Shown here one piece after another: positions 1 to 9,729 of a DNA stretch of 32,000 nucleotides. The notes below the pieces were generated by a model that saw only the letters and a list, made by a program, of their open reading frames with translations, ran no database searches and was not told where the DNA came from. The DNA is from Okeania sp. (GTDB lineage: Bacteria; Cyanobacteriota; Cyanobacteriia; Cyanobacteriales; Microcoleaceae), in NCBI RefSeq assembly GCF_035285525.1, contig NZ_JAYKGW010000023.1, positions 16,785 to 48,784 on the forward strand. Reading direction: 5' to 3'. A program made the position numbers and the translations under genes. Within the stretch, counting starts at the first letter, position 1, and the number at the start of each line of letters is the position of its first letter.

Positions 1-1673
1 ATTGTGTTATGGACTCCAACGACCTAGAACGGGAACGTGGGATTACAATTCTCTCCAAAAATACCGCCGTTAAATATAAAGATATTCTGATAAATATCGT
101 TGATACCCCTGGTCACGCGGACTTTGGTGGAGAAGTAGAACGAGTCCTGGGTATGGTGGACGGTTGTTTATTAATTGTCGATGCCAACGAAGGCCCAATG
201 CCCCAAACTCGCTTTGTCCTCAAAAAAGCTCTAGAAAAAGGTTTACGGCCCATTGTGATTGTGAACAAAATTGACCGTCCCAGAGCTAATCCCCACACTG
301 CTGTTGATAAAGTTCTGGACTTATTTATCGAACTAGGTGCAGATGATGACCAATGTGATTTTCCTTATCTATTCGCCTCTGGTTTAGCAGGTTACGCGAA
401 AAAAGACCTAGAAACAGAGTCAGAAGATATGCAGTGTTTGTTTGATGCTATTGTAGAGCATGTTCCCCCTCCAGTCGGAGACCCAAAAAAACCTCTACAG
501 TTACAGGTAACAACTCTCGACTATTCAGAATATTTAGGCAGAATAGTTGTAGGCCGTATCCACAATGGCGTGATTAGAGCTGGGCAACCAGCAGCTATTG
601 TGAAAGAAGATGGTACAATAGTCAAGTCAAAAATCTCAAAGTTAATGGGATTTGAAGGTCTGGCACGAATTGAGATTCAAGAAGCTGCTGCTGGTAATCT
701 AGTAGCAGTTGCTGGTTTTAGTGATGCTAATATTGGGGAAACTATTACTTGTCCTAATGAACCTCAAGCTCTACCTCTGATTAAAGTAGATGAACCTACT
801 CTGCAAATGACTTTTTCTGTAAATGATTCTCCTTTTGCAGGTCAGGAAGGAAAATTTGTAACTTCTCGACAAGTACGCGATCGCCTAATGCGAGAGTTAG
901 AAACTAATGTAGCATTACGAGTAGAAGATACTGACTCTCCAGAGAAGTTTTCTGTTTCTGGTCGTGGGGAACTGCACTTGGGTATTTTGATTGAAACTAT
1001 GCGTCGAGAAGGTTATGAGTTTCAGGTGGCACAACCTCAAGTTATTTACCGAGAAGTTAACGGTCAACCCTGTGAACCATTTGAACTTTTAGTTTTGGAT
1101 GTTCCGGAAGATGCGGTCGGTGGTTGCATCGAAAGAATAGGTCAGCGGAAGGGGGAAATGCAGAATATGCAGGTGGGTACGAATGGTCGGACTCAGTTAG
1201 AGTTTTCTATTCCTGCTCGTGGTTTGATTGGTTTCCGGGGTGAGTTTATGCGTCTTACTCGTGGGGAAGGTATTATGAACCATAGTTTTTTAGATTATCG
1301 TCCGTTGGTTGGCGAGATTGAAGCTCGACGCAATGGGGTGATTATTGTTTTTGAGGAAGGTGTGGCGACTTTTTATGCTTTGAAAAATGCTGAAGACCGG
1401 GGGGTGTTTTTTATTACTCCTGGTACAAAGGTTTATAAGGGTATGATCGTGGGAGAGCATAACCGTCCTCAAGATTTGGATTTGAATGTTTGTAAAAGTA
1501 AGCAGTTGACTAACCATCGTTCTGCGACTGGGGATGAGTTGGTACAGTTGCAAACGCCTGTAGATATGAGTTTGGAGCGTGCTTTGGAATATATCGGACC
1601 AGATGAGTTGGTGGAAATAACGCCGGAGTCTGTGCGGTTGCGGAAGTTGAGTAAGAAGTTGGTGAAACGGTAA
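1..1673 (+). CDS. typA: Translational GTPase TypA/BipA, 5' end cut by the window edge
   Basis: The ORF 9..1673 frame stays open back to position 3 ([17 protein letters not shown]). GTPase motifs [14 protein letters not shown] and NKIDR are present. The EF-G-like domain order and the TypA-type C-terminal tail are recognisable, and only about 40 N-terminal residues are missing. Confidence 0.95.
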   Translation, partial: CVMDSNDLERERGITILSKNTAVKYKDILINIVDTPGHADFGGEVERVLGMVDGCLLIVDANEGPMPQTRFVLKKALEKGLRPIVIVNKIDRPRANPHTAVDKVLDLFIELGADDDQCDFPYLFASGLAGYAKKDLETESEDMQCLFDAIVEHVPPPVGDPKKPLQLQVTTLDYSEYLGRIVVGRIHNGVIRAGQPAAIVKEDGTIVKSKISKLMGFEGLARIEIQEAAAGNLVAVAGFSDANIGETITCPNEPQALPLIKVDEPTLQMTFSVNDSPFAGQEGKFVTSRQVRDRLMRELETNVALRVEDTDSPEKFSVSGRGELHLGILIETMRREGYEFQVAQPQVIYREVNGQPCEPFELLVLDVPEDAVGGCIERIGQRKGEMQNMQVGTNGRTQLEFSIPARGLIGFRGEFMRLTRGEGIMNHSFLDYRPLVGEIEARRNGVIIVFEEGVATFYALKNAEDRGVFFITPGTKVYKGMIVGEHNRPQDLDLNVCKSKQLTNHRSATGDELVQLQTPVDMSLERALEYIGPDELVEITPESVRLRKLSKKLVKR

Positions 1674-1676
1674 ATA

Positions 1677-1696
1677 CAGTTATCAGTTATCAGTTG
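1677..1696. repeat. STRR heptamer tract (CAGTTAT x about 3)
   Basis: Direct reading shows cagttat cagttat cagttgc immediately after the typA stop. The same heptamer recurs at 20581-20594 and 31436-31467. Confidence 0.9.
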
Positions 1697-1721
1697 CCTA
1701 TTAATACAAGAAGTGGAATCC

Positions 1722-1749
1722 GTAGGGGTTTGGTCTCCAAACCCTCTAC
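1722..1749. repeat. Dispersed hairpin repeat GTAGGGGTTTGG-N-CCAAACCCTCTAC
   Basis: A near-perfect inverted repeat lies downstream of typA. Related copies occur at 20702-20743 and 21589-21612. No U-tract follows, so I call it a repeat rather than a terminator. Confidence 0.8.
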
Positions 1750-1757
1750 AGTTATTA

Positions 1758-1843
1758 GACATCTCTAGAAAAGAGGGAACGCTTAACTGGGAACAGGGAA
1801 CAGGAAGAAAGAATTGATTTGATTTTTCATTTTTGGAGATGTC
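1758..1843. repeat. Hairpin element with arms GACATCTCTAGAAAAG / CATTTTTGGAGATGTC around a GGGAACA STRR core
   Basis: The inverted arms were read directly. A sibling copy lies at 19082-19194 (GATATCTCCAGAAAAG ... TTTCTGGAGATGT). Confidence 0.75.
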
Positions 1844-2659
1844 TATTAGTTAACTGAACAAAAGTGTGGATTTTATTGATTATTTATTTGTCAATTTAAC
1901 CCGCACTATTTAAAATTTGAATAGCCATAATAAAATGAGTCAAGAAGAGATAGAAGTATTAGAAAAAATTGCTCTGGTTATTGAAAGTTTGCCTAGTGAA
2001 AGTTTATTGGCAAAATGTTGGGCTGAAGAACAGAAGGAGGAATGGTAAAAATCAAGAAATATTCAAGTTTATTTAGTTGAATGTTGGAGAGCTAAGTTTA
2101 TATATTATCAGCAAGGATATTCAATTGCAGAAGTTTTAGATAAAAAAAAGAAATTACTCAACATAAGTATGATTTAATCTGGTTGAGTGTTAACTAATAC
2201 AAAGCTCAATGGGAACTTATTTAAGTTGCAGAAAAGTATGTTAGACAACTACACACTACATTTACTAACCTTTTATCTAGTAAAAAGATAAGTTCTCAAG
2301 TTGATAAGTTTTTCCCAAATAGAATTTTTCTAGAGCCATATCCATTTAATTCTGCTTATGATTTATTTATAGCTACTTTAAAAGAAGAGATAGAAGGTGA
2401 TTTTTAAATTTGCCTAGAAAAACATTATTATATTAATCTTAAAACCATAAAAAAAGGTGTTAAACAATTAGTTGAAATGATTGAGCAAGAGCATGAGAAT
2501 GCAGGAATTTATTCTGAACTTCATCGGAAAAAACAGCAAGAGCTGAAAAAAATATGGGTTGGCATAGATTCAGTTTTTCTTGGTTAGGAATCATATCAAA
2601 TCCACTTAATTGCACATAAAATATGATATATGTTTGTTATTTAAGAAATTACTTCAATC

Positions 2660-2705
2660 CCCCCATCTCCCCATCTCTTCATCTCCCCATCTCCCCATCC
2701 CCTCC
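2660..2705. repeat. 8-nt tandem repeat (CCCCATCT x about 5)
   Basis: Direct reading gives ccccatct ccccatct cttcatct ccccatct ccccatcc. It is flanked by inverted TCATATCAAATCC (about 2589) and GGATTTGATATGA (about 2729). Confidence 0.85.
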
Positions 2706-3055
2706 AACTATATAATAAGTATTTAACCGGATTTGATATGACTCTTTTAATTTGTCAATTTTTAGCAATTTGGAACTTTTCTGTGAGAACAAAATTGACT
2801 GCATTTAATAAATCATCAATAGAGGCTTTGAGCTTATGTATTAAAGCTAGTCATAAATTTAAACTTCAAGCATTCACCTGGATAAATAGACAAAAAGTTC
2901 CCTTTGATAAATTTGGTGAAGTACCTCTTAAAAATGGAAAATAGTCAAGATATTTTCATAAAACTTGAAAAGAGAAACAGTTTTCCTCTACTCCATAGAT
3001 AAACACATTAAGTTGGAATAGTCAAAATGCACATTCAATAAAACTGGAGAGAAAA

Positions 3056-3376
3056 ATGTTAACTTCTGATATTCCAAAAGCTGAACTATTCCAACCTGAA
3101 AACTTATCTGAAATGACAATGGAAAAAATGTTAGACAAAATGGAAGAAAACTATAAATTAGCGCTAAGTCTAATATTTGACAAAATTGATGAAATTCAAA
3201 ATATGTGTCAGTTATGTAGAGATACTCAAAATAAAAATCAGGAACTTCAAGAGGAAGTAAATTATTTCAAATTAGATAACCGCAATAAAGATGAAAGAAT
3301 TAAAGAATTAGAATGTCTAGCACATCCTGAATCTTTAAATGGAGATGCTATTGGTAACTATAACTGGTTAGATTAA
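3056..3376 (+). CDS. Hypothetical coiled-coil protein (106 aa)
   Basis: The ORF has a GGAG Shine-Dalgarno-like motif about 8 nt upstream of the ATG. The sequence is charged and heptad-like. I recognise no family. Confidence 0.45.
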   Translation: MLTSDIPKAELFQPENLSEMTMEKMLDKMEENYKLALSLIFDKIDEIQNMCQLCRDTQNKNQELQEEVNYFKLDNRNKDERIKELECLAHPESLNGDAIGNYNWLD

Positions 3377-3871
3377 GCTTAATAATCAGGAACTTGCTGA
3401 AAAATAAAGTACCAATTATTAGAAGACTGACTTCTAAAAATTACTTGATATATTAATAATTTTCAAGTCCCTAAATAAATAAACAAAATTAAATATTTAT
3501 CCGACGCGATCGCTCCCTAGTTTTAGCGTTATGTTTCTCAAAAATTCATATACGCAGTCTCGGTTAATCCTTGTAATTATACATCTTGTTCATATATTTC
3601 TGCATATAATTGTGCTGACTCTTCTAAATCTTGAGTTTCTAATTCTAACTGTAACTTTTGCAAAGGAATATTAATCATTTCTGCTTCATCTTTCAAGCCA
3701 TAATTTTGATGAAGAAGAAGAAAATGGAGTAGAGCTTCTTCAATATTTAATATTAGTTTTTGGTTGATATTTTTAGCTATATTGCTATTTTGAGTTAAAG
3801 GTTATTTTAATATTAGTGCTAAACTTTTAAATAGCTTTCCTAGGTTATCCTTAATTTATACTAAGAAAAAA

Positions 3872-5047
3872 ATGTTTCGCAAAATTTGGCAATGGTTGAA
3901 AAGTTTATGGGAAAAATTTTTGGGATTATTCTCTCAACCTCAAACTAACCCTTCAAAAACTCAATCAGTCTCTCAGTCTCTTCCACCTTTAACAGATACA
4001 GATTATGATTTTCTCTTCGGTCAACTTTTAGAAGGTATTGCCCAAGGTTGGTCTCCTGAAAGAGTAAAGCAATTTTTTGATGACTTAGGAGAGCGAGGCA
4101 AACCTGGACTTTGGCAAGAATGGTTACAAAGGTTTGGAGAAAGATTATTGGTATCTCCAAAACCTAATGATGAGTTAGCTCAAAGAATGGTTATGTTTGC
4201 TTCCTTGACTCCATCGCTTCCTTCTCTAAAATCTCTGGGAACTCTCGCTAATAATATTGGTACTGAACTTTTGAGTCGGGAGGATAGTGGAGCGATTTGG
4301 GAATATGATGGACCTGATGCTGGTGTTTCTCCTCCTCCTCAACCATCCTCAGAAGAAAATCAATCAAATGAAACTTTAGAAAATTTAGTAGTTAAGTTTC
4401 AAGAAAATCCTAATTTATTAGCTACTGTTGCTCAACAGTTGGGGATACAAACCAGCGATCCCAGGGTGGTTATTCAAGCAATGGTTAGTCAACTTGGGGT
4501 AGGAGTAGAAAATCAACAACAGTCTACCGAACAAGGTTCCGAAATATTTGCTCAGTTAGGTTTGGAGCAAGCCAAAGCTGGAGATTTAGTTGGAGCTGTT
4601 GATAGTTGGGAAAATGCTTTGGTTTTGAAGCCTAATTATCATCAAGTTTGGTACAATCGGGGTAAAGCATTAGTACAGTTAGAAAGATGGGAAGAGGCGA
4701 TCGCTAGCCATGACAAAGCTTTAGAGATTAAGTCTGATGATTATTTGGCTTGGAATAACCGTGCTGAAGCTTTGGGAAAATTAGAAAGATGGGAAGAAGC
4801 GATCGCTAGTTGTGATCGAGCTTTAGAAATTAAGGTAAATTATTATTTAGCTTGGTATAATAAGGCTAATTTTTTAGTTAGTTTAGGAAATTTGGAAGCA
4901 GCGGTTAATTGTTATGAGAAAGCTTTAGAAATTAAACCTAATTTTTATGATGGTTGGTATGAACGAGGAAATGTTTTAAAAGATTTAGGTTTAATGAAAG
5001 AAGCTTATGATAGTTGGGAAAAGGCAGAGGAAATTAAACTTCAGTAA
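3872..5047 (+). CDS. TPR-repeat protein (391 aa)
   Basis: The C-terminal half carries about 5 tandem 34-aa TPR units (W-N/Y-RG-AL-LERWEEAIASxDKALEIKP pattern). The N-terminal half is not recognisable. Confidence 0.85.
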   Translation: MFRKIWQWLKSLWEKFLGLFSQPQTNPSKTQSVSQSLPPLTDTDYDFLFGQLLEGIAQGWSPERVKQFFDDLGERGKPGLWQEWLQRFGERLLVSPKPNDELAQRMVMFASLTPSLPSLKSLGTLANNIGTELLSREDSGAIWEYDGPDAGVSPPPQPSSEENQSNETLENLVVKFQENPNLLATVAQQLGIQTSDPRVVIQAMVSQLGVGVENQQQSTEQGSEIFAQLGLEQAKAGDLVGAVDSWENALVLKPNYHQVWYNRGKALVQLERWEEAIASHDKALEIKSDDYLAWNNRAEALGKLERWEEAIASCDRALEIKVNYYLAWYNKANFLVSLGNLEAAVNCYEKALEIKPNFYDGWYERGNVLKDLGLMKEAYDSWEKAEEIKLQ

Positions 5048-5239
5048 GTTATCCTAATTTAAAAATGTCTAATTCGGGAGTAGGGAGTAGGAAGTAGTTA
5101 AGAGTCAATTAGAGTAAATTATGTGGCATAATTTGAGGAGGCAATTCTCCATAATTCCTCTGATAAAAATTAGTAAATCAGCTTTTTAAACTTCTAATTA
5201 ATGACATAAATAACAGCTAATTATGACGAACCGTGGAAA

Positions 5240-6187
5240 GTGGCAATATCTGAATATTTGCCTGATTTTATCAACTTTTTCTATCCCGAAATTTACAACT
5301 CCATCAATTGGAAAAAAACACCAATTTCTCTAGACAAAGAACTAGAACAAATTACGGCTTCAGCGACTACAGAAAAACGTTATGTTGATAAGTTATTCCA
5401 AGTTTGGCTATTAGACGACCAAGAAATATGGATATTAATTCATATAGAAGTTCAAAGTCAATACGACCAAGAATTTCCGAAACGAATGTTTATCTATAAC
5501 TATCGAGCATTCGACTTGTGCAACAAATCTGTAGTTAGTTTAGCTATACTAGGAGATGATAATCCATCTTGGCGACCTAATTATTATGAATATGGATTAG
5601 AAAAAAGTCAGATGAGTTTAGACTTTTCTATCGTGAAACTTTTAGATTATGAATGGGAGAAATTATCAGCAAATAATAATGTATTTGCCCTGATGGTAAT
5701 GGCACATTTAAAAACAAAGAGTACCACCAGTAATTTGACAGAAAGAGAAGAATGGAAATGGCAAATAGTCAGAAGTTTATATGAAAGAGGATTCAGCAAG
5801 TTTGATATTATTAACTTGTTTAAATTCATAGATAAAATGATGACATTGCCTCCAAAGTTACAACAAAAGTTAGAAAGCAAAATCAATCAATATGAGGAGT
5901 CACAAAAAATGGAATTTTTAAGTACGATGGAAGAAAATGCTATAGAAAGAGGTCAAAAAATAGGTCAACAAATAGGTCAACAAATAGGAGCCAAAGAAAC
6001 TTGCCGACAAAATATTATTGACCTACTGAAAATGCGATTTTCATCAGTGCCAGAAACTCTGGTAGAGACTCTTAATAATATTCAAGATTTAGCTTTCCTC
6101 AAACAACTGCTATTAGAAACAATCAGGGTTAATTCTGTAGTAGAATTTGAGGAGTTAATTCAAAACAATTATTCTGAGAATAATTAG
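5240..6187 (+). CDS. Rpn-family recombination-promoting nuclease / putative transposase-like protein with a DUF4351-type C-terminus
   Basis: The cyanobacterial family signature is present: PWK..I.EYL..F..FFYPE, FLDKELEQI, VDKLFQVWL..QE.WILIHIEVQSQ (PD-(D/E)XK-like core) and RMFIYNYR. The C-terminal region has a GQQIGQQIG repeat and a helical tail. The tracked start is GTG. The frame is open from 5210 with a family-like YDEPWK, but there is no ATG. Confidence 0.75.
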   Translation: MAISEYLPDFINFFYPEIYNSINWKKTPISLDKELEQITASATTEKRYVDKLFQVWLLDDQEIWILIHIEVQSQYDQEFPKRMFIYNYRAFDLCNKSVVSLAILGDDNPSWRPNYYEYGLEKSQMSLDFSIVKLLDYEWEKLSANNNVFALMVMAHLKTKSTTSNLTEREEWKWQIVRSLYERGFSKFDIINLFKFIDKMMTLPPKLQQKLESKINQYEESQKMEFLSTMEENAIERGQKIGQQIGQQIGAKETCRQNIIDLLKMRFSSVPETLVETLNNIQDLAFLKQLLLETIRVNSVVEFEELIQNNYSENN

Positions 6188-6309
6188 TAAAATTAGGCTT
6201 TTAACTTCTAACTGAGAAGTCAGGAGTCAACCCACCCCTAACTCTTCCCAGGAGGGAAAATTGAGATAATAGTTCTATATTCACCATCTTTCCATCCTCC
6301 CATCTAAAT

Positions 6310-6337
6310 TTTATAGAACCCAAATGGGTTCTATAAA
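6310..6337. terminator. Perfect 12-bp-stem palindrome between convergent genes, a possible bidirectional terminator
   Basis: TTTATAGAACCC-AAAT-GGGTTCTATAAA. A/T runs form part of both arms. The palindrome overlaps the cobM stop codon. Confidence 0.5.
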
Positions 6338-7128
6338 GCGGATTTAGTATAACTTCTGAATAAATGGCTATGTTCAGGATTATAAAGACCAGAACGCCCT
6401 ACTTTTTCCAACTTTTCCAAAGCAGGACTAATCACATAAAGGGTTGTTCTAATTAACTTTTTCTCCTCTGTCACCACAGCCATTTTCTCTAAAGGTACAA
6501 CCCAAATTTTTTCATCAGGCCATCCTAAACGATAACATATTCCTACAGGTATCTGAGCCGAATAATGTTCCATCAACTTTTCCTGTGCTTCCCAGACATG
6601 ACGAGCGCTCAAATATAAACATAAACTTGCCCCATGAGCTGCTAAACTACCTAACTCTTCTCGTGCTGGAACTCCCGTTGCTTTTCCACTAATTCTTGTT
6701 AAAATAATTGTTTGTACTAACCCAGGTACTGTTAATTCTACTTTTAATTTAGCTGCTGCATCCTGAAAGGCACTAATTCCTGGTACAATTTCAAAATCAA
6801 TTTCCGCTTCAGTTAAAAGTTGTATTTGTTCATAAACTGCTCCATACAAACTAGGGTCTCCAGAATGGAGGCGCACCACAGAAAGACCTTTTCTCACTCG
6901 GTCAATCATTATCGGCAAAATTTCTTCTAAAGTTTGATTAGCAGTTCCAATAATCTCAGCATCAGAACGCACATTCCGTAACATTTGCTTGGGTACTAGG
7001 GAATCTGCATATAGAATTACATCTGCTATAGCTAAGATTTTTTCAGCCTTCACCGTCAATAGTTCTGGGTCTCCTGGACCTGCCCCTACAATGTAAACTG
7101 CTGGTGTAAGACTTTCAGTTTTGTTCAT
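6331..7128 (-). CDS. cobM: Precorrin-4 C11-methyltransferase
   Basis: VYIVGAGPGDPELLTVKA, the SAM-dependent tetrapyrrole methylase fold and the HSGDPSLYGA motif are present. I chose the ATG at 7128 (MNKTES...). The tracked start at 7182 is a GTG and adds 18 residues that do not resemble the family. Confidence 0.9.
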   Translation of the reverse strand: MNKTESLTPAVYIVGAGPGDPELLTVKAEKILAIADVILYADSLVPKQMLRNVRSDAEIIGTANQTLEEILPIMIDRVRKGLSVVRLHSGDPSLYGAVYEQIQLLTEAEIDFEIVPGISAFQDAAAKLKVELTVPGLVQTIILTRISGKATGVPAREELGSLAAHGASLCLYLSARHVWEAQEKLMEHYSAQIPVGICYRLGWPDEKIWVVPLEKMAVVTEEKKLIRTTLYVISPALEKLEKVGRSGLYNPEHSHLFRSYTKSAL

Positions 7129-7192
7129 TAATTTTTCCGGATATAAGTATGTATCTTCAGGTAAATGGAATGGTAGATGCACCCTGGTTTAT

Positions 7193-7222
7193 CCCCTAGG
7201 CTTTAATGCCTGGGGTTTTTTT
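7193..7222 (+). terminator. Intrinsic-terminator-like hairpin plus T7 run on the + strand, with no + strand gene upstream
   Basis: CCCCTAGGC-tttaat-GCCTGGGG is followed by TTTTTTT. The orientation is opposite to the flanking cobM and lgt. Confidence 0.35.
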
Positions 7223-7228
7223 ATTCTT

Positions 7229-7339
7229 GCGCTACGCGCTAGGGAACAGGGAACAGGGAGCAGGGAACAGGGAACAGTAGAATATTAAAGAGTTTCAGGA
7301 TATAGAAACTTCCGTGCCCTTTGCTTCGACTGCTATATA
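7229..7339 (+). repeat. About 100-bp dispersed element, copy A (GCGCTACGCGCTAGGGAA...STRR...TTAAAGRGTTTCAGGATATAGAAA...GCCCTTTGCTTCGACTG)
   Basis: It aligns by eye along its full length with 8433-8531 in the same orientation. It contains the GGGAACA STRR at 7242-7277. A partial relative lies at about 19268-19310. Confidence 0.8.
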
Positions 7340-7559
7340 GGTGAGAAAGAGTTGGTTAGAAAATAGACTGATAAATCTTAGAGCGTCCACTTTGGTGAGG
7401 TACATCTGTCGCGGGCTTTCCAGCCCTCACTAGAGACATTTAATTCCGAATATTTATACTTCATGTAATCGGAATCTGGTGTAAAACTAGAAAATGTTGT
7501 TCCAACTATTCTCTGTTCCCTGCTCCCTCCATACCTATTCCCTGCTATTGTTATATAAT

Positions 7560-8426
7560 TCAGTTTGTTTCTTTAATTTCTGAGGGAAAAACGTCTGGCA
7601 AGGGTCGCTTCAATAAATATAGCCATGCTAAACCTGCTAACCCTAACAGAATACCAGCTAAACTGACGAACTGAGCAATTCGTAATGGCCCTAACATTAA
7701 ACTATCAGTCCGCAGTCCCTCAATCCAAATTCGCCCACTACTATAAATAGCCATATAAACTAGAGATATAGTGCCAACTTTAAGTTGAGGTTTACCCTGC
7801 AAACCCCGAAAAAATAGAAATATTAATAATCCAAATAACATTAAATTCCATAATGATTCATATAAAAAAGTCGGATGGAAATAATCAAAATTTACTAATT
7901 CTGGGGGACGATTTTGTGGAGGAATATACAACTTCCAAGGTAAATTAGTAGGACTGCCAAAAGCTTCAGAATTGAAAAAATTGCCCCACCGGCCAATGGC
8001 TTGTCCTAAAATTAAGGAAGGAGCTACTAAATCTGCTAACTGCCAAAAAGATATTTTACTTACTCTGGCAAAAATCAAGCCAGCGATCGCTCCACCAATA
8101 ATTGCTCCATGAATGGCTATTCCTCCTTTCCAGATAGCAATCATATCTATGGGATTTTGTTGATATTGTTCCCACTCAAATAAGACGTAATATATACGGG
8201 CTCCAGGAATGGCCGCTATTACTAACCAAACCACTAGATCGCCTAATAATTCGGGGTTAATATGACGAAGTTTAGCTAAGTATTGGGAAAGGGTGACCCC
8301 TATTAATACTGCACTTGCAATTAAAAGTCCATACCAACGAATGGCTAATGGCCCTAACTGGAAAATAATTGGGCCAGGAGAAGTAAATTGAAAGCCTAAA
8401 GGCAATAAGGGAATTTCTAATATCAT
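7560..8426 (-). CDS. lgt: Prolipoprotein diacylglyceryl transferase
   Basis: It is a polytopic membrane protein of typical length (288 aa). Lgt signatures are present: GLLIA, HGAIIGG and [18 protein letters not shown]. Confidence 0.93.
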   Translation of the reverse strand: MILEIPLLPLGFQFTSPGPIIFQLGPLAIRWYGLLIASAVLIGVTLSQYLAKLRHINPELLGDLVVWLVIAAIPGARIYYVLFEWEQYQQNPIDMIAIWKGGIAIHGAIIGGAIAGLIFARVSKISFWQLADLVAPSLILGQAIGRWGNFFNSEAFGSPTNLPWKLYIPPQNRPPELVNFDYFHPTFLYESLWNLMLFGLLIFLFFRGLQGKPQLKVGTISLVYMAIYSSGRIWIEGLRTDSLMLGPLRIAQFVSLAGILLGLAGLAWLYLLKRPLPDVFPSEIKETN

Positions 8427-8432
8427 TTCAGT

Positions 8433-8531
8433 TATAGCGCTACGCGCTAGGGAATAGAGAACAGGGAAGGGTTACTATTAAAGGGTTTCAGGATATAGAA
8501 ATGTCCGCGCCCTTTGCTTCGACTGGTATAT
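8433..8531 (+). repeat. About 100-bp dispersed element, copy B
   Basis: See copy A. It starts 7 bp from the lgt start codon. Confidence 0.8.
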
Positions 8532-8543
8532 TAATTATTAGTT

Positions 8544-8646
8544 TCTCAGATCAAGACTTACGCAAAAAATGAAATTATGCGCTATCTTTAGGGGTGAATG
8601 GCCATTCGCCTCTACAAGATGTGGTGATTCTCTGTAAGTTCTGAGA
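8544..8646. repeat. MITE-like element with a central GGGGTGAATGGCCATTCGCCTCT hairpin
   Basis: The imperfect terminal inverted arms are TCTCAGATCAAGACTTACGC and TCTGTAAGTTCTGAGA. The central hairpin is a GAATGGCCATTC palindrome. Confidence 0.45.
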
Positions 8647-9022
8647 TTTTTTTCAGGTAACGAAGCATAGCAGTGGGAGTATCTTGCTCCCGTACCAAGC
8701 ATTCTTTTTTTCTGCATGATAATGGTATGCAGAAATATCTTTTTTCAATATGAATCAAGTTTTTGAAGTAGCTTTTACAGCACTAAATTCCCTGTAAAAT
8801 TTTAGAGAATGTCTTTTATTTTTCAGTTTGACATAATAAAGTAATTATTAATAGGTCGTAACATTTTACTGTAGGGGTTTAGAAAACAAATTCCTACAGT
8901 TTTTTTCTTCACAAATTATTTAGGATTGGAATATTTTAGTAATCTTAATATTTAAGATTTGTTTAAGAAATTAATTCTGATTATAAACTTAAGAAATTCA
9001 GAATTATAACCAATAAATATAG

Positions 9023-9463
9023 ATGTTGATTAAGATTGAAGAATGTAAATTTAGTTTTCAAGTAGTGAAGATATATATGGAACTATTACAAGAACAAATT
9101 TTTGCTTTGACTAAAAAAGTTGAAGCAATATATATGATTATTGAGGAACTTAATGACAAGGTATCAAATTATATGATTGCGGAGAAAGCAAATAAATATC
9201 AATCTATAGACACTGAATCTAATCTGGAACAGGCAAATGAAATCAAAGAAAAATATCAATATTTTAACCCGGAGTTAGAACATCAGGATGTGCTGGTAGA
9301 TGATAATTATTTGAATAAAAATAGTCGAGATATTGATGATGAATTAACATCAAATATTCAAATTCAAAGGTTAACCGCTCAGTTAACCGCAGCTTATAAT
9401 CGCATTGCTGCTTTAGAAGAACAATTACTCTCAAAAAGAATTAAATCGTCAAATAGAGAGTAG
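9023..9463 (+). CDS. Hypothetical coiled-coil protein
   Basis: An ORF only. The more likely start is the ATG at 9077 (MELLQEQIF...). The C-terminus (QRLTAQLTAAYNRIAALEEQLL) is heptad-like. Confidence 0.5.
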   Translation: MLIKIEECKFSFQVVKIYMELLQEQIFALTKKVEAIYMIIEELNDKVSNYMIAEKANKYQSIDTESNLEQANEIKEKYQYFNPELEHQDVLVDDNYLNKNSRDIDDELTSNIQIQRLTAQLTAAYNRIAALEEQLLSKRIKSSNRE

Positions 9464-9472
9464 GGATTCAAT

Positions 9473-9509
9473 AATTAATAATTAACAATTAATAATTAAT
9501 AATTAATTA
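9473..9509. repeat. AT-rich heptamer tract (AATTAAT/AATTAAC x about 5)
   Basis: Read directly, immediately after the stop codon of the preceding ORF. Confidence 0.8.
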
Positions 9510-9729
9510 TTACCTCTTCTGATAAAGAAGAGGATTGACTAAAAAGAATTTTTTTCTTTTTTCTCCATAAATGAAGATGCTTTATACCTTAAATTTTCAG
9601 TAGGAAGTAGGAGTAAATAATTGATTTGATTATTGATAAAGTTCCTGACCTATTTGCGTAATAATTGGTAACACAACCTTCGGTGGTTTTTACAGCAAAC
9701 GAAGGCTGAACTGCAGTAGACTCAAATTA

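Noticed and set aside
2738-2944. Tracked ORF 2738..2944 (+), 68 aa
   Set aside because: It lies in the decayed AT-rich region, starts inside an inverted-repeat motif, and has no SD or family features.
3590-3800. Minus-strand reading frame of about 75 codons (…NINQKLILNIEEALLHFLLLHQNYGLKDEAEMINIPLQKLQLELE…)
   Set aside because: It is open only from a stop codon and has no ATG/GTG/TTG near its beginning. I recognise no family, so it cannot be supported as a gene.
7183-7560. A possible cobalamin riboswitch in the cobM leader (and upstream of the cobT-like gene at 10846-10990)
   Set aside because: No B12-box-like sequence or characteristic conserved core could be found on the minus strand. The region is explained by dispersed repeats and hairpins.
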